In this document: piece by piece, positions 39,865 to 53,885 of the stretch
How the letters are laid out: every line of letters begins with the position of its first letter
Numbering within the stretch: position 1 is the stretch's first letter
Source of the DNA: Phoronis australis
Lineage: Eukaryota > Animalia > Phoronida
DNA: 64,000 bases
Direction of reading: 5' to 3'
NCBI GenBank assembly: GCA_002633005.1
Contig: NMRA01000463.1
Location: 124,001-188,000 of the forward strand
The notes under the pieces: model-generated
Database searches by the model: none
Told to the model about the DNA's origin: nothing
Seen by the model: the letters and a program-made list of their open reading frames with translations, nothing else
Program-made: the position numbers and the translations under genes

Positions 39865-41133
39865 CAGGGTGGACCAAACACGTCACCCAGCTTGATTAAA
39901 CACCCTTTAAAACAACGTTTAGCCTATTTAAGACTCATGCTATGTCAAGTTCCGTCTCGCAAAACTCCACACAGTGACAATGTTCGATTTCCGTTACAAG
40001 CAAGAACATCAAAACCCTCAATAACCGCTTCAATGTTTATTGGGGAATGTTTATTGGGGACTTGGCAAATCCTAAAATTGAGAAACGACTAAGGCGCGTG
40101 TATGCGTTAACTGAGACTACAAATATAATCCTGTCGCTGTGAGGAATTAAAAAAAAGGTTTTATGAGAGTAAATGGGTTAATTCGAATTTTTGCAGCGAA
40201 ACGCAGCATTAAACTTTATTTTTTTTAAATATGTCACAGAAACATGAAATATTTAGTTGACACTGATAATCTCATATGTTGTCGCTATTTTTAACATAAT
40301 GCAATAGTTAGTGACATTTTCAATCCATGCGCCTAGATTCTGAATCGCAGCCTCTACGCGCATATAGAAGATTGCGATAACGATGTCAGGCATATCCAAT
40401 CGGACCCTTAAAAATCTCCCACAAATGTTTGCCTTCAGGGCGTCTATTGTTTGCAATAGTTTCTGTGAATTCTCTTTTCCAGATACTCCCAAAAGAAATC
40501 GTCATCAAAGGATAGAACAAGAGAGTGCTCTGGCCATGATGCGTTCTCCTTGCGACCTCAGATAAGCCAACACTGGAGGTATTCCTACGAAACTTTCGAA
40601 ACATGTGAAAGTGCACTGTGTACCCGTGTGGACCCCAACTTTTTCTTCAAAGCTGGAAAAAACTCCTTCAGATGGTGTCCACGGAGCTGACTGCTATTAA
40701 ACCTCACGTCGTACGGACAATCGGTGGCCAATGTAAGCACCTGACGTCTAACTGATTAACCGTTTCCTATAGATTGAGGATATTTGCAGTGTATAAGGGA
40801 GAGAGAGGGTGTACTGCAACGGTCCACCAACAAAAGAACTTCTGAAGGAATTTACCGGGAAATTCGGGAAGATCATTGGGCATGCGTGACTGCAATATGA
40901 TGAACTTCAACCATGCGTGTATCAACTGCAATTCCGATGCGAGGCGCTTAGATAAAAATAAACATATTTTAATTGAACCGCGCTCCGAAGTACTGATAAA
41001 ATACAATTAGGGGATGAATAGAATCGAACAAAATTCATGCTTTTGAGACATTGTTTTGAAAAAAAAAATTAAAATTGTTTAAACATCAAAATATATACAA
41101 TAAAAATTCCTAAAAATTATTTGGACCACCCTG
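39865..41133 (+). mobile_element. Decayed Tc1/mariner-superfamily DNA transposon (1269 bp)
   Basis: TA|CAGGGTGGACCAAA ... TTTGGACCACCCTG|TA gives TIRs plus a TA TSD. Disrupted transposase remnants on +: VKVHC, DGV, WPM*APDV*LINRFL* and GYL..ERVYCNGPPTKELLKE (cf. WPPRSPDLNPLDFFLWGYLK.RVY...P.T..ELK). Confidence 0.85.
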
Positions 41134-44100
41134 TATGAGCGGATATTCTGAGAGCGCAATAGGGCAATGCATCTCGACGGACCTGGTCCATATAGGTACA
41201 TGTATATTGCTGCTGTCACGCAAATCACACAACAGAAAATCCTAATGTCGTGACGTCAAAGACCATATTCAACTTACGATGGTTGTCTTCTCGTTATAAA
41301 TCAACAGTGTCCCAAGGCACAGAATGTTTCCTCCTCCAATGGCCATGAGAGAAGGAGTCATCCCGATTTCCGTCTCTCAGGGCATGCCTCACCCAAACAA
41401 ATGCGGAAGAATGGGAAGATCATCTTATTCACGACTTCCACAGACCACCAACTAGAAACCTGTTGGCGGTGCGAATTCATCTCCTAACATCCTCGCAGAC
41501 AGGCGACACCGGGTTTCGGCCACCACAACGCCTTTGAATTATCTCAACGCAGCCAATTCCATAGAGCGGCAGAATGTAAACAGTAGTAATCCTATTAAAC
41601 ACTGTCAAAGCCGTTGCTTATCCCTTACCTATTACCGGCGCTGGGAATCGGATCTATCGTCTCCTTTTCACCAGTGGTTGTACGTTGCATGTAAAAACGT
41701 GAGATGCGCACCCGACTGGTGTCCGAATGGAAGACTTCACGAATTCCGCGCGCTCAAGTTACACACAATAGCTAAGACGCTAAAATACATCCGCCTACGA
41801 ACCACTGACGTAGCTAGGATTGCTCATGAAGAATCGGACGCAGGAGAAATTGTTGGCGATCGTGGGCGGGGGGGAGGGGGGGGCAACCTGGGGTACTTAT
41901 TTTTGTATGGGGAGGGGGAGAGACATGGTCCGCTCTCCCCATTGGCTTTGGCAGTACTCTAGGCATGCCAAAGGACTCTTTCAATTCAGAGGGGGTTATG
42001 ACGAATCTAGGTCCTTCTGCTAAAGTAGAGAAAATAGATGGTTGACGCCTTGATATTCACTGTCGTTTGTGCCAATACAACACGCGAAAGTGACGAGGAA
42101 ACTCGTGATTCCTCCTAAGAGAATGACGATCAAGCATCCGGTATAGTTTCCGCAAACATTTAAAGCTTCGTAATACCTTGTTTAACCAAAATGTTGAGCG
42201 AAACGATTTTTCCATGTTAGAGTCTAAACGGAGACTTACGAAAAAAATTGCGCTGACTTCTCCGTTTGAAAAAGTAAAAAAGCATTGAGCAACAAACGAT
42301 TTAGAAGCGTTTACATTTTGCCTACTAACTGTACACGCGAATGTATCGCCAAATTTTAAACTTAAGTAGTTGAATGTTTATTGACGCTAACCAAATTGTT
42401 CAACCCACCGCAAAATTGACGTCTGATGCCCGCAGCTAACGGTAGGCGTGCAGAGTGCCCGGAGAATGCATGCATTCGATTTCCTAATGCTCGTCTTCGA
42501 TCCAAAATCTACGGTTTTCGTTGCCAGAGCACTTCGACTGAATTATCTACGAAAACCTTAATGCTGTTTACTATGGGCAGACGACATAGAACATTTCATG
42601 CCCAGCCATGTAGAGTATTGCGTGTGCCATGGGTACACTATGCAGAAAAAAAAAAACATTGTTAAATGTACCGGCGAGATGCATGGTCAAAAAGCCAACA
42701 AAACGGTCTTCCCTACACTCGACCAACCAAACCATTCCAGTAGACATAACTATGATGGATTCATTAGCTTAAATAAATGAAGGAATTTAAAGACTAAACA
42801 CGGGGGACCTTAGCCAATTAGACGAATCAGCGTCCATCATTTGCTTAATACGGCCATCGTTCACGTTGTTCATCGACATCAGTTCTTAAAGCATGGCCCT
42901 GTATGATTTAGCTAATAATTCAATCATTTCCGCAAACATTAATTCTATAAATTGATTATGAGCATACTTACAAGTACGTGGTGGTTAAATTGTGTAATAT
43001 CCCACGGACGCCTAATCGACAAAGGTTCTCCTCCTAATGACAAGAAAAACAAAAATACAACGTTTACATATCCGTCAGCGGACGAGTTCATTCTCAGGGG
43101 TCAACGGCAAGGCGAGACGAAATGTAGCAGACGACATTCAACGAAACGGGAGCCAACTGCAAATTGTGGGTGACAGTATTCAATATTTATGTCTCCTTGT
43201 GTAAATTTGAACGAGATACCTCATTAAAATTCAGCAACTTAAAAGCAGCTGATGGCAAACTTAACTGTAAAATTGACCAATCAAGTCGAGTAGATATGAG
43301 TGTTTATTCTTGCATGTTGACAGAACAGTGATTATAGAATATTTATTATCGTAACAGAAAATGATCCACTTCAGAAAAAATGGATCAATTACTTTAAGCG
43401 TCATTTTGTCCTGTTTAATCTAACTAAAGACTGAAATAGGTAGTAGACCTTTTACACTCATAACATACGTCTCAAATTGTTCATTACCGTTATAGGTTTC
43501 CCGAGCTACACGAAAATGCCTACATGCGCCTTTTTCGAATTCGAAATTTAGAGTTGGCCCCTGAGCAATAAATTAGTCCGGGGGTTGGCCAACCCTAAAA
43601 AACGCTGAAACGTTTTCCTGAGTTGCGACCATAGTCGTGTTAGTAGCGGAAACAAGAATCCTCGGGTATCAAGATAAAGAATTATTCGATACCAAATTTA
43701 TTAGAGTAAAAAATGTGATTTTAGTTTTTAGCAAACTAACCAGATTACAGTGCAGCTTTAGCTTACGACTAGGTACACTGACAGACGTAAATTCTTGGCC
43801 AGTGTAAGTGGGCTGCGTTCCGAAGAACCCAATACGCTCCCGAGTAACCGTAGTGAGGTCAAGTGGTTTGCTTCTAATGCATGAGGAAACTTCGCAAAGA
43901 CTGGCGGGGATCTTTCGTTTTCGAGAATTTCTTGCGTCTACGAAACGCAGCACTGTGGCTGTTAACTCTTTATTTCACGAATGACATTGGTCGCTTCTTC
44001 TAATATTAAGTAAAATCAATGATGGCGTCTTAGTTTTGTCAGGACTTTCGAAATTCGTATTAAGTTCAAATGAAATTATGTGGGAGAATTTCATAAGATT

Positions 44101-45454
44101 TTAGAAGTGTCGTAATAAATGTCAAGCACATTTTCTGAAAATCATCATAACATGGTCAACCACTATACGTGGAGAGAGCCAGGTGCCAACATCAGTTGAC
44201 GAAAGCCTTCCTAGAATCTATCGAACTATCCCGACAAGCAGGGCAGTGTCAGAGAATGGTGATAAGATTAAATAAGCGTTTACAACGGGCTCATGCATGT
44301 ACGTTAAATTGGCGGTTGGGGAAAGGATAACTATAAATCAAACGCTTTATTAAACAACTTTTAATACTAGGCAATAAATTGTATGCGATGACTAGTGCAC
44401 GTTAAGCCAACTTTTCATTACCAGTAGCTCAAGGCCATATAGCCACGTCGTTAGCAGCGCATTACGAGCTGAACGTCTTTCAAAAAGGCGACGGTGTAAA
44501 TTGGCCGAGAATGTAAGCGGTGAAATTTAATGGACGCGTAATTACCATCCAATACAATTTAATAAACTGTCCGTTTTGTCGGCAGTTGATGGGCTTTTTA
44601 AGAGGTGTCGCTGTCGATAATTGGACCTAAAAATGTCAACCAACCGTCTATTATGCCTGATTTGGCGAACTGGATTAAATAGAAACCCCTTACCACTAGT
44701 GTGTTCGTAGACTTTGTATAATTTAGCTGTAAATCGATCTCTTAATTCGACCAAGGGTACTCGATACGCTCATTTTCCGTATTCTTGATTTGATAGTCAT
44801 TCAGATGTTACCAGGCCAAAGCGTTGCAAGCAGACGACACAAGCCAGACTCCGGGTGGCGCGGCAGGGTTTTGAAACCGATAAAAAACAACGACTAATGA
44901 CGATATTGAATTGCGGCGATCATGCCGAGAGACTAAAGTGTACATTAAAGTAAATCGTTTGAACTATCATAAATAATCGTAAATACTGCCACTTATATAT
45001 ATTTACAGTAAAGCCGAATCATCGATCACGGCGCACGACTAGAACCCTGACACAAATTGCAACTTTTTATTCAAAATTATACATTCATTTCCAATTAATT
45101 GACTGAAATCGGGCAATGATTGATCGCGCTTAGTTAATACATTGTTACCACCAACGCTGCGACACAGCCAACCCGGTAGTCTAACTCCGACGTAGATCGC
45201 TCTGCAGCCATTTAATAGAATTTACACAGCGAAGGGTCACGTAAAATATAAAACTAGCCATATCCACGACTAATTTGTCTGTGCCATTACCTGTACGAAC
45301 ACCTTTGACATGTTGAAATAACAACACCAACGGCGATGATGTGTCAAAACAGGAATAGTTTCTTGTCATTTTGACGAGATTACGCAAGTCTTTTCGGAAT
45401 ATCGGCATGCGTTACAGTGGAAGCATTATATCTCGATATAGCTATCGACTGATA

Positions 45455-45456
<2 letters not shown>

Positions 45457-45494
<38 letters not shown>
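45457..45494. repeat. (CA)n microsatellite
   Basis: About 18 perfect CA units. Confidence 0.95.
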
Positions 45495-45496
<2 letters not shown>

Positions 45497-47826
45497 CATG
45501 TACCAATATTCAACACCTTCCACCAATAATGCGCTCAAAAAACCAGGGATTCCAATATGAGATATGAGCTGAGTCCAAGGTCTGAAGTTCAAAAACTGGA
45601 TCAAAGTCGAAAATGGTTGCCTCTGTGTTGGGCCCATGATCTAAATCAACGTGGGTTATTCGTGTAAGTATTTGTAGCCAATTATAACAGCATTTCAACT
45701 AAGGCTAAGTTTCGCCCTATGCAAAGTATGGCGGGCTGAAAACGAAACATGCTCTCATAAAATCCAGGAACTCATAATATTTATCATTGTGACGTAATTC
45801 TATTTCCGTTACAGTCAACAACATTGAATCTATCAGCGAATCAATGAAACGCCAAGAGTTTGCCAACGCTAAAAATGCGGATTCGAAAATGGCGCGTGTA
45901 CACAATGGTTATGAGTAGAGCTACAGTATTAGCACTTACGACGTGGTAATGTTTAAACCTCTAAGCGCTTCGGTTAAGAGTTCAACATTAATAGCCAAAC
46001 GGGGGCTTCTTAATGTGACAATAACTTCCTACTCGAATCCCGGGTTTTGAGCCAAACGGTTATGAAAATAAGGAACCCCTATTGGGTACTTAATAACCCG
46101 AAATGTACCTTGAGACTACAAGTGTCCCAAATATTTCGAAACATATAAGTGAGAATGTTACAAAACCCTCCGCCATGATCGTTGAACTCTCCTCACCCTA
46201 TGCTACAGATGCGCGCGCAAACGTTTACCAACTCCCGACCTCCATTAATAGCCTGAACAGGCATATTGTCCGTGACTGTTATGTCAGCTGGATACCACGT
46301 GCTTTTTCGTGATAGCAAAATGCCCCAGTACACGCAATAAGGACCAATTAGATGTTTTTGGTCATATCTAAACATTGTTAGACTGAGAACAAACTAGAGA
46401 CCAGCTAGAACTGTGTCTGACGCACAGCTCACGAATGTTCTAAATGAACTCACCAGTCATTCAAAAATGAGTAGCGCTGTATCTGGGTTTCCCATTCACG
46501 TCGAAATAATGAGACAATGTGCTAATGAAGTAGAGATTACAAGAGGCTGGATTATGCCTCAAGGAAATTAAATCCACAGATACAGCAGCGTAATGCAAAC
46601 AGTGTCTAATTAGGCTAAGTAAAAACTCATAGGTGATTGAGTTGTTGAAGTCAAGAGGTTAAAGTTGATTATCGAGGGTCTAGCTGGCGATCGTTGAAGT
46701 AATCAAATACCTCAAGCAAATATGATACCGCCTATGGGACGTAATATCACCTTGTTTATTTCTTTTTTTCATTTGAGTTTTTACTACCAATTCTCCTCGT
46801 CAGGTCAACGAAGTACGGCGGCCATATTATTGTATCACCTCGAAGGATCCGTTTCACAGTTCATGGGAATTTAATTTAGACTTTAATGGAAAATTATTAG
46901 TCTCACTCTGCACATCACGATTTCTAAACATTTTCACTTCCGTAAAAATACACACTCGGAGACTTATTAAGAGACCATGCACAACTTATCTCTAGACTGT
47001 GACGTGCTCAAAATTTCTTGGCAAGCAAGACTTTTCCAGCAGTTGTGATGTGGGGAGTGTAGGACCGAATTTCTGCCTCAAGTCCCTTCCATTTAACGTA
47101 ACCCAGAACAAAATTTAACCGATCTCCTACGAATTCTATTTCTTTTGTAACAGATGAAGTCTCATTAATGGAGTGCCCTATCTTCCGGAAACGTGTTGAA
47201 TAACTCGACTTCTACAAAAAATAATTTTATATTCTCTTAATTCAGTAAAGTGAAAGGGCTCCGCTCAAGCCGACATTATCAAACATCATTTATCTAACCA
47301 CCTTTGGCAGTTGGAATATCATCAGCTCGTAGATATTTTATGCTAATTTTATGCAAAAAGAGAACATTCTCAGACGAGAATACGTAATCTAGGCCTATTT
47401 TATACGAAATAATTTTACAATTGCATAATTTTAAAGCACCAAGTGTAACCACTGAATTCTTTCGTGACTGTGGAAAATTATTTTAAATATAATTACACGG
47501 GTCTCAACGTTTCAACTGAGTGCAATAGTTCTTAGTTTAAACTTGCAAAAAATGTAACTATGTACTTCTCTGCGTGTGCAAGCTGCGTCAAGTTGACAGA
47601 AACAAAACCTGGCTAGCGTTCAGTGTTTTTTTCTCTTGTCGAAATCACGTGCTCTCATAAAAAATACGGCAGTATCTCGCGTAATCTCACGCAGACTTGC
47701 TTTTATACCAATGTCCTACAGCGAGGTTCTAACGTTAATGCACCCTACCTGGTTTCTCTCACGGTACGTTTTAAGACGACGGCATCTCTGTGTGACTCGT
47801 TTGAATATTGTAAAACACCTACAACT

Positions 47827-47852
47827 CTATCGCCATCTAGCGGCAAGGTGTA
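47827..47852 (-). promoter_or_regulatory. CTCF-like motif (GCCGCTAGATGGCG), copy 2
   Basis: CTCF core match; 25/26 identical to 22857-22882. Confidence 0.5.
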
Positions 47853-50796
47853 CGCGTTCATCATGACTGTGTTATCGCAACCGTAGAAGTGGAACGCAGA
47901 ATGCTTTAGCACTGCACATCTCCATCTGTTCACATTATGTCCTGTTGGTGACTTGAGTGACATGTTATGAAGAATTTGGTCAGTGTTAAATTCGCGAGAT
48001 AGAAAAGTTGCAAGAACTGTGCATCCTTGAAGTAAAACTTAAAAAAGGAAATTTTATGCAACTGTAGTGTCCCTAAACTTTGTCAAAAAAGCAACACGTA
48101 TTTCGTGATTTCACGTGGTGACTAACTCAGAGTAGAACATTTTCCTTATTGACAGATCGCGGGTGTTTCCATGTTCTTCTTTCACAAACACGTAGCTATC
48201 TTTCATCTTAGTTGCATCACTTGCCCCAGTACCGCAATGCTGCGACCCGTATTAACCATGCGTGGACGATCTTCTTGCTCAGCAACGCACGGCATGTTTT
48301 TTTTTTATTTTAATTACATTTTCCATTTCCCAGCCAAAACTTCCGATATCAAGGAGCCTGTTTTTCTAAAATGTCGCAATTTAAAGGCATTAGGTTTTAC
48401 AGAAAGTCTAAACAGGCGGAGGCTTACGACCAGTCACATATTCTGGCGTAAATCTCCACTTGGACGCGATGTCAAACGTCATAAAATTTTAGAGGATCAG
48501 GCTCTAGTTCAATTTCATTGTGATATGCAGTGAACTTCCGGGACAGCTTGATGTCGGGCTGATGTTGTGAATCACCCAAATGACCACAATGTGTCACTAC
48601 TTGTATCTGTTCACGGCAGGCCGGCATGTGCACGCAACGTAAAACAATAGACCAACCGCCTGACATTTAGTATTCCTATGGTTAGAAAAAAACGGATCAA
48701 ATTTCTTTAAAAGGTTGTAAACATAATGGATTGGAAATGAATCGTAATATTTGCTTCAATAATTAACTTTTATTCCGAGAACAGGTTTGGCGTACTCTTA
48801 ACAGGAGCTCGCAACTCAAATTGTAACATTATCTGCCTCGTTTCCATTTCCACACAGATCATGCAAAATGGACCCTCTGTCTTATTTTCCCGTGATCTTG
48901 TATCTATATATGTTTTATGTATGTGACATACGGAACTTCGATGGAATCGTATAATTGGCTGTGGTGGCAGACGGCGTAGATTGAATTATTTCCACGTCAC
49001 CTTAATTTTTAATGATTGAGTGAGGCAAATGAGAGTGGGGAGACCGAATACATCAAATTCATTCTTAATTATTGTATGCAATTTTGATATCGGTGACAAT
49101 TCTTACTATTACGTTCACGGCTTTTCTGAATGACTGCTGGATGTATCCAAAATCATGGTATCACCCAAGTGCAAGTGTAAAGTACACGGAATATTTCTAA
49201 TAAGGTACCAAACATATTAATGAGTAAATAAATCAACAATAACAAAGGAAACTATTTATATAAGAGTATGGTTAGTATAAACAGTGCATTCCCTACGTTA
49301 CAGCGGCATACATGTCCATACATATCTACCATGACGTCATACATACGTGATTTACTATTTACGGTCTTTCGCGTGGTTTACTACTATGCTATATTACACT
49401 AGCAGTTGTAAACTAATTTCAATAATTATAATAAAATACAGGGTTGTAACTTTGTGTATTAGTGTAACAACGAGAACACCTAATGCAACTATCGACAGTT
49501 TTCCGTGGAAATTTTCCCGAGAAATGTTCATAATTTCGTTTTGGACATTGTGATTATAAACTCAAAATTTTCTTGACGTCGCCGGGTTAGTGCTGCGGAT
49601 TAGCAGCAACAACAAGTGTCGTCAGGCGCTGTCGTGCCCAACTGACGTCAGTTAAATAACGCGGCAAGCAGCAAGGCCGTTGTATCTGCAAAACGTTCGA
49701 GATTTCTTGAATGAATTAGGCCAAGTGTTTCTGTGGGAGGTCTACATCTTTATAGTCGGGCTATTGTTGCTTGTAAGTCTCAATTTTTGGGAAAAGTGAG
49801 GATAGTTTTATCTTCCTTTTCTCATCAAATGTTGTCTACGTGGCGCGGGTTCTCGTTTCCCGAGAGCAACCCTTTGGGTGAGGAAAATTTGGGCTTCCCA
49901 AATACTGACGTCATTCACAGTACAATTTAGCTAAGGTATGTGCCATGTCCGAATGCTCCAAATCAGATTTGACGTGCACGTGTTTATGTTGTAAGTCATG
50001 TGGGCGAATTATGATAATAATTTTAAAACAAACACGAAACAATCAATTAGCCATTACTACGTAGAATTCAGAAATGATCTCACAATAACTTTTTAATTAA
50101 TTAGAAACTGAAAACGTTCTAATGGAATTTTATATACATCCCACAATGGAAATATGTCTGATTTTTCGCCTTATCGGTCCAATTTTACAGTAATTTTTAT
50201 TTTGTATTTGCCATTGCTTTGTTGTTTATCGCATTTTTATACACGTGTAAGCTAAAAAATACTAACAATTCTAAAACATTGAGCAACAATTATATGACTC
50301 TTAATTGATTGATTGTTGTTTATTTTTGTTGAACAGATTATTTTTTATTCTCTTATATGTGGCAGCGTGTCAATCAAGACGTTCCGGAATGTGCCAGGGA
50401 AAATCAGACTTTATTGCATAAACAAACTTCTCGCTGTGAGAAGTCATTACTTAAATAACCACCGAAGTGTAAACATTGCAAGTTCTGAATGAAAACATGC
50501 CTTTGTCATGTAGATTCAAACTGACAGACGAGTGAAAGAAATAAAAGATTGTTTACTTTACTAAGTAACCATAATAGTACATCAGTTGTTTTAATGGCGT
50601 TGTCGTTATACAATAGACCTGGGACCCGTTTTATCAAAAGTCGCAAGTCTGGTCGTAGCAAGGATGGTCGTAGACACGTTTGCGACAAGGCAACGCTGCA
50701 TTTTGCAAGACCGAAACGACTGTTACCGACATAGAAGCGTTCGAAGTTCCCATTCAAGCCAAGCACTCACCTTCATAACCCACGTGGGTGGATTTT

Positions 50797-50866
50797 TCGC
50801 TGAGAACAACGTGGTACGACCGTTCTCAAAATCTCGCTGAGAACGGTGCGTTACGACCGTTCTCAA
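50797..50866. repeat. Two tandem 33-bp hairpin-forming repeats
   Basis: tcgcTGAGAAC....ACGACCGTTCTCAa occurs twice. Copy 2 has a perfect 10-bp stem, TGAGAACGGT/ACCGTTCTCA. Confidence 0.8.
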
Positions 50867-51033
50867 GGTAAGAGCAGGTTGATGACCTTTCACAAAACGG
50901 GGCCCAGTCTATCAATTATTTGAACGGCAAATACTTCACCCTATGTTGGAATAATGCTAATATTCGTAATAACAGTAGAAACTGAATTAAATTACAATGA
51001 CAGTAACAATCACTTCCAACATCAGAGTAGAGG

Positions 51034-51196
51034 CAGTGGTAGATTTAAGGGTGGGGGGGGGGAGCAACGGGGCTACGGCCCCGCTAAAATACTCCCAGAT
51101 TCTATTTGGCAGTGCGGTGGTGCGAATTTCTGACGAGCAAAATCCTGGCTAATACTCTGCCCGGCACTCCAACTCAAAATCCTGGTTCCGCCCTTG
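51034..51196. mobile_element. Degenerate CAGGGGCGGATC-type MITE
   Basis: Begins cagtggtagatttaaggg-polyG and ends aaaatcctggttccgcccttg. No TSD is recognisable. Confidence 0.4.
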
Positions 51197-53736
51197 TGGG
51201 GTTTATCAAGGTAGGGTAAAGGGGATGGGGAAAAATGGGCTCGGGCAAAAATTAAGAGAAAATTCGGGAAAATTATTATCTGAACAACAAGGTCCAAATA
51301 CGCTTAGATTACAACTTCACAACGTTAAACACCTTCACTCTATAATGTGTGTCACCGGATGGCTATGCAACGTTACCCTCAATAACACAACACGACGTAA
51401 CTTCTGTTGAATGTTATCTAACTTTACGTAAGGTGTCTCGTTAGCTTCCCTGGTTGCCGTATTAATATTTCTACTGTAATGATATCAATCACAGAAATTG
51501 TTAACGCCGGCATGATTGCGAGAATACAAAAATAATCCCCTAAATAACAAATCTTTTTTACTCACACTGACTTACAAATCACAGCGAAATAGAATTAAAC
51601 TACGGGTATCAGGTGGAATAAACGTTTAAACTTAATAATTCCCGTTTGTGTTAGGCGTTTACATTTTAAATAAGTTCTCTCCCTAATCTTGGAGATGTTA
51701 ATTTGTTTTGGGTTATGGCTGACTTAAAGCAATATTTTGTTTACCTGAATCAGTTTCTCCCGAAACCAAGCCCTAAAACGTTGTTGTATTTACCTGAATG
51801 AGTTTCTCCCAAAACCCAACTTACCGCGAAATCGCAAATTTGCCGCAACAAAGACAATTAAACGCGGCCAGTGTTTTTGTGCAAACGGATTAGCAATTCA
51901 TTGGTGCGTTGTAAATTTCAGAAAACTCATGCAATCTCATGTAAGGCAAATATTAATCAAATGAAAGCGTATGTTTACACAAATATCGACATGTTTGACT
52001 TTGCACATCGATGTGAGTATAATTACCCGCCAAAGTTAAGTTTTGATATGACGGCTGGAGGCAAGACCACCCAATCCAAACACTGCGACTGTGTTGTCTT
52101 ATACGGAGTGCAAGAAAGGTATGACGAGCTATTTTTCGATTATACGGCACTGGGGATATTTGGAGACAAAATTAGATAGACACTAAGCTTATAAACTTTT
52201 TAAACTCTTTTCAAATTCATCGTTACCTTGGTAATGAATAACAGATAAATCTTTCATCAATCAGAGACCCTTCTTCATAAGGCAAGTTTTATACTGGCAG
52301 CTGCTACACTAAGGTATAATCTTGCACTATTTATTGCAACGCGCATGGGCGTTTGCTCGGTTGGTGTTTGTCGCCTCAAACGTTTTTTTGCGGAAAATAA
52401 TTCAAATGCAATTAAAATAATTTTCCGTTGTGTTACCCGGTGTCATCATTTTAGAACACGTTCTATTCGTCGAGTTGGCTGGTACTTCTTAACGGGACAT
52501 TCTTGGTCGAGTGAGAACTGAAAGTATATTTAGTCATGCATGGAATCGAATCCAATGCATGCAGCAACGTGGCAGTTGAACGTTATGGCGATGAGCCAAA
52601 ACATAAGCACGCGTTAAATTAGGATACCCCCTGATATCGCTAGTTGCAGTAGCATTACGATATACATGTACTATCATGTCACTGGCATTGGCGCTGCAAT
52701 AGAAATTCGATTGTGGTCGTGAATTTGTTAATTGCGGTCATAATCAGTTCAATATCGAAAACCTTTACAAAATGTCTCTCTTGCAAGATCGCCACGCGAG
52801 ATCGCACGTCTGTCACGTGACATGTGACGCGGCGATTGATTGTTAGTCATCCGTCGTTTCGTTGTGAGCATCTCAAGCCCTATATGACTGAGACGTCCCT
52901 CCAGAACCTCTCGCGTATTTTTGTAGACTGAAAATTCCCATCGGAGAATGACTGGCCGCAAGACTGAAGTTCGCGCATACGCAGATAACAATTGTCTGCG
53001 ATTGAGATGTTGAGACAATATTCGCGGTGTTCCGGATGACGGAGCGTTACACCACAACGCTTCGTTGCGTAGAACTAGAAACTTTCATAAAGCAACTGAT
53101 AAAACATCAAATAAAGTATGGCACGCTTGAAGAATCTCACAAGTTCCTTGACACCATCCATTCAGTAATTGGCCCGCAGGGTTTAATTACACATATTGTT
53201 ATGCTGTGTGATTGGCATCTCGAGAAGAGTTGCATTATCACGCACCCTTTGTTTGAACGAAACCAGATTAAATCACTCGCCATACACAACGATATATTCT
53301 CTAAACAAGTTCATTACAATAATTAAGTTTGCTCTCTTGCCATATAACGTATAATAACAAGATGTCATTCCGTATATCTAACTCAATTTCAGATTGCATC
53401 ATAACTCACTAACCTTATCACTTTTTACAGCTAAACATTAATGTCTAGACAGGATGTATAACGTTACCAGTTGTTTGAATAACGCTTTCGCCTTTAACTG
53501 AAACTCCATTAAGACCGAACTTGCTTGCGGCAGATGCGCACATCAGAATTAATATAGGAAATATAATTAGCAATAAATAATTTAGCTCGCTAGTGAACAT
53601 CAGCATACTCAGTTGCCTTCAATGTTTATGTTTCAGGCATACGTAGATGTTAAATGGTACATTTATCATGTTTTATAGATGCCGGCGTGGGCTTTTCTTC
53701 CATTTTATTGTACCATTCTCACCGGAACATGTATAT

Positions 53737-53885
53737 AATCATCACCGTCGTCATCATCGTCATCGTCATCATCATTTTCATAGTCATCTTTATGATGATG
53801 ACAATTATTGTGATGAGTAGAACTATAGCTATCATCATGATGGCGACAATGTTGAAGATACTGATGACGTCGACGATGATGATCA
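53737..53885. repeat. Degenerate (ATC)n/(GAT)n repeat
   Basis: atcatcgtcatc runs followed by gatgatgac runs; source of ORF 53654-53971. Confidence 0.8.

Noticed and set aside
50797-50866. CRISPR-like palindromic repeats (also the 61129-61380 array)
   Set aside because: Only two copies with no spacer in the first case and diverged units in the second; eukaryotic context and no cas genes.
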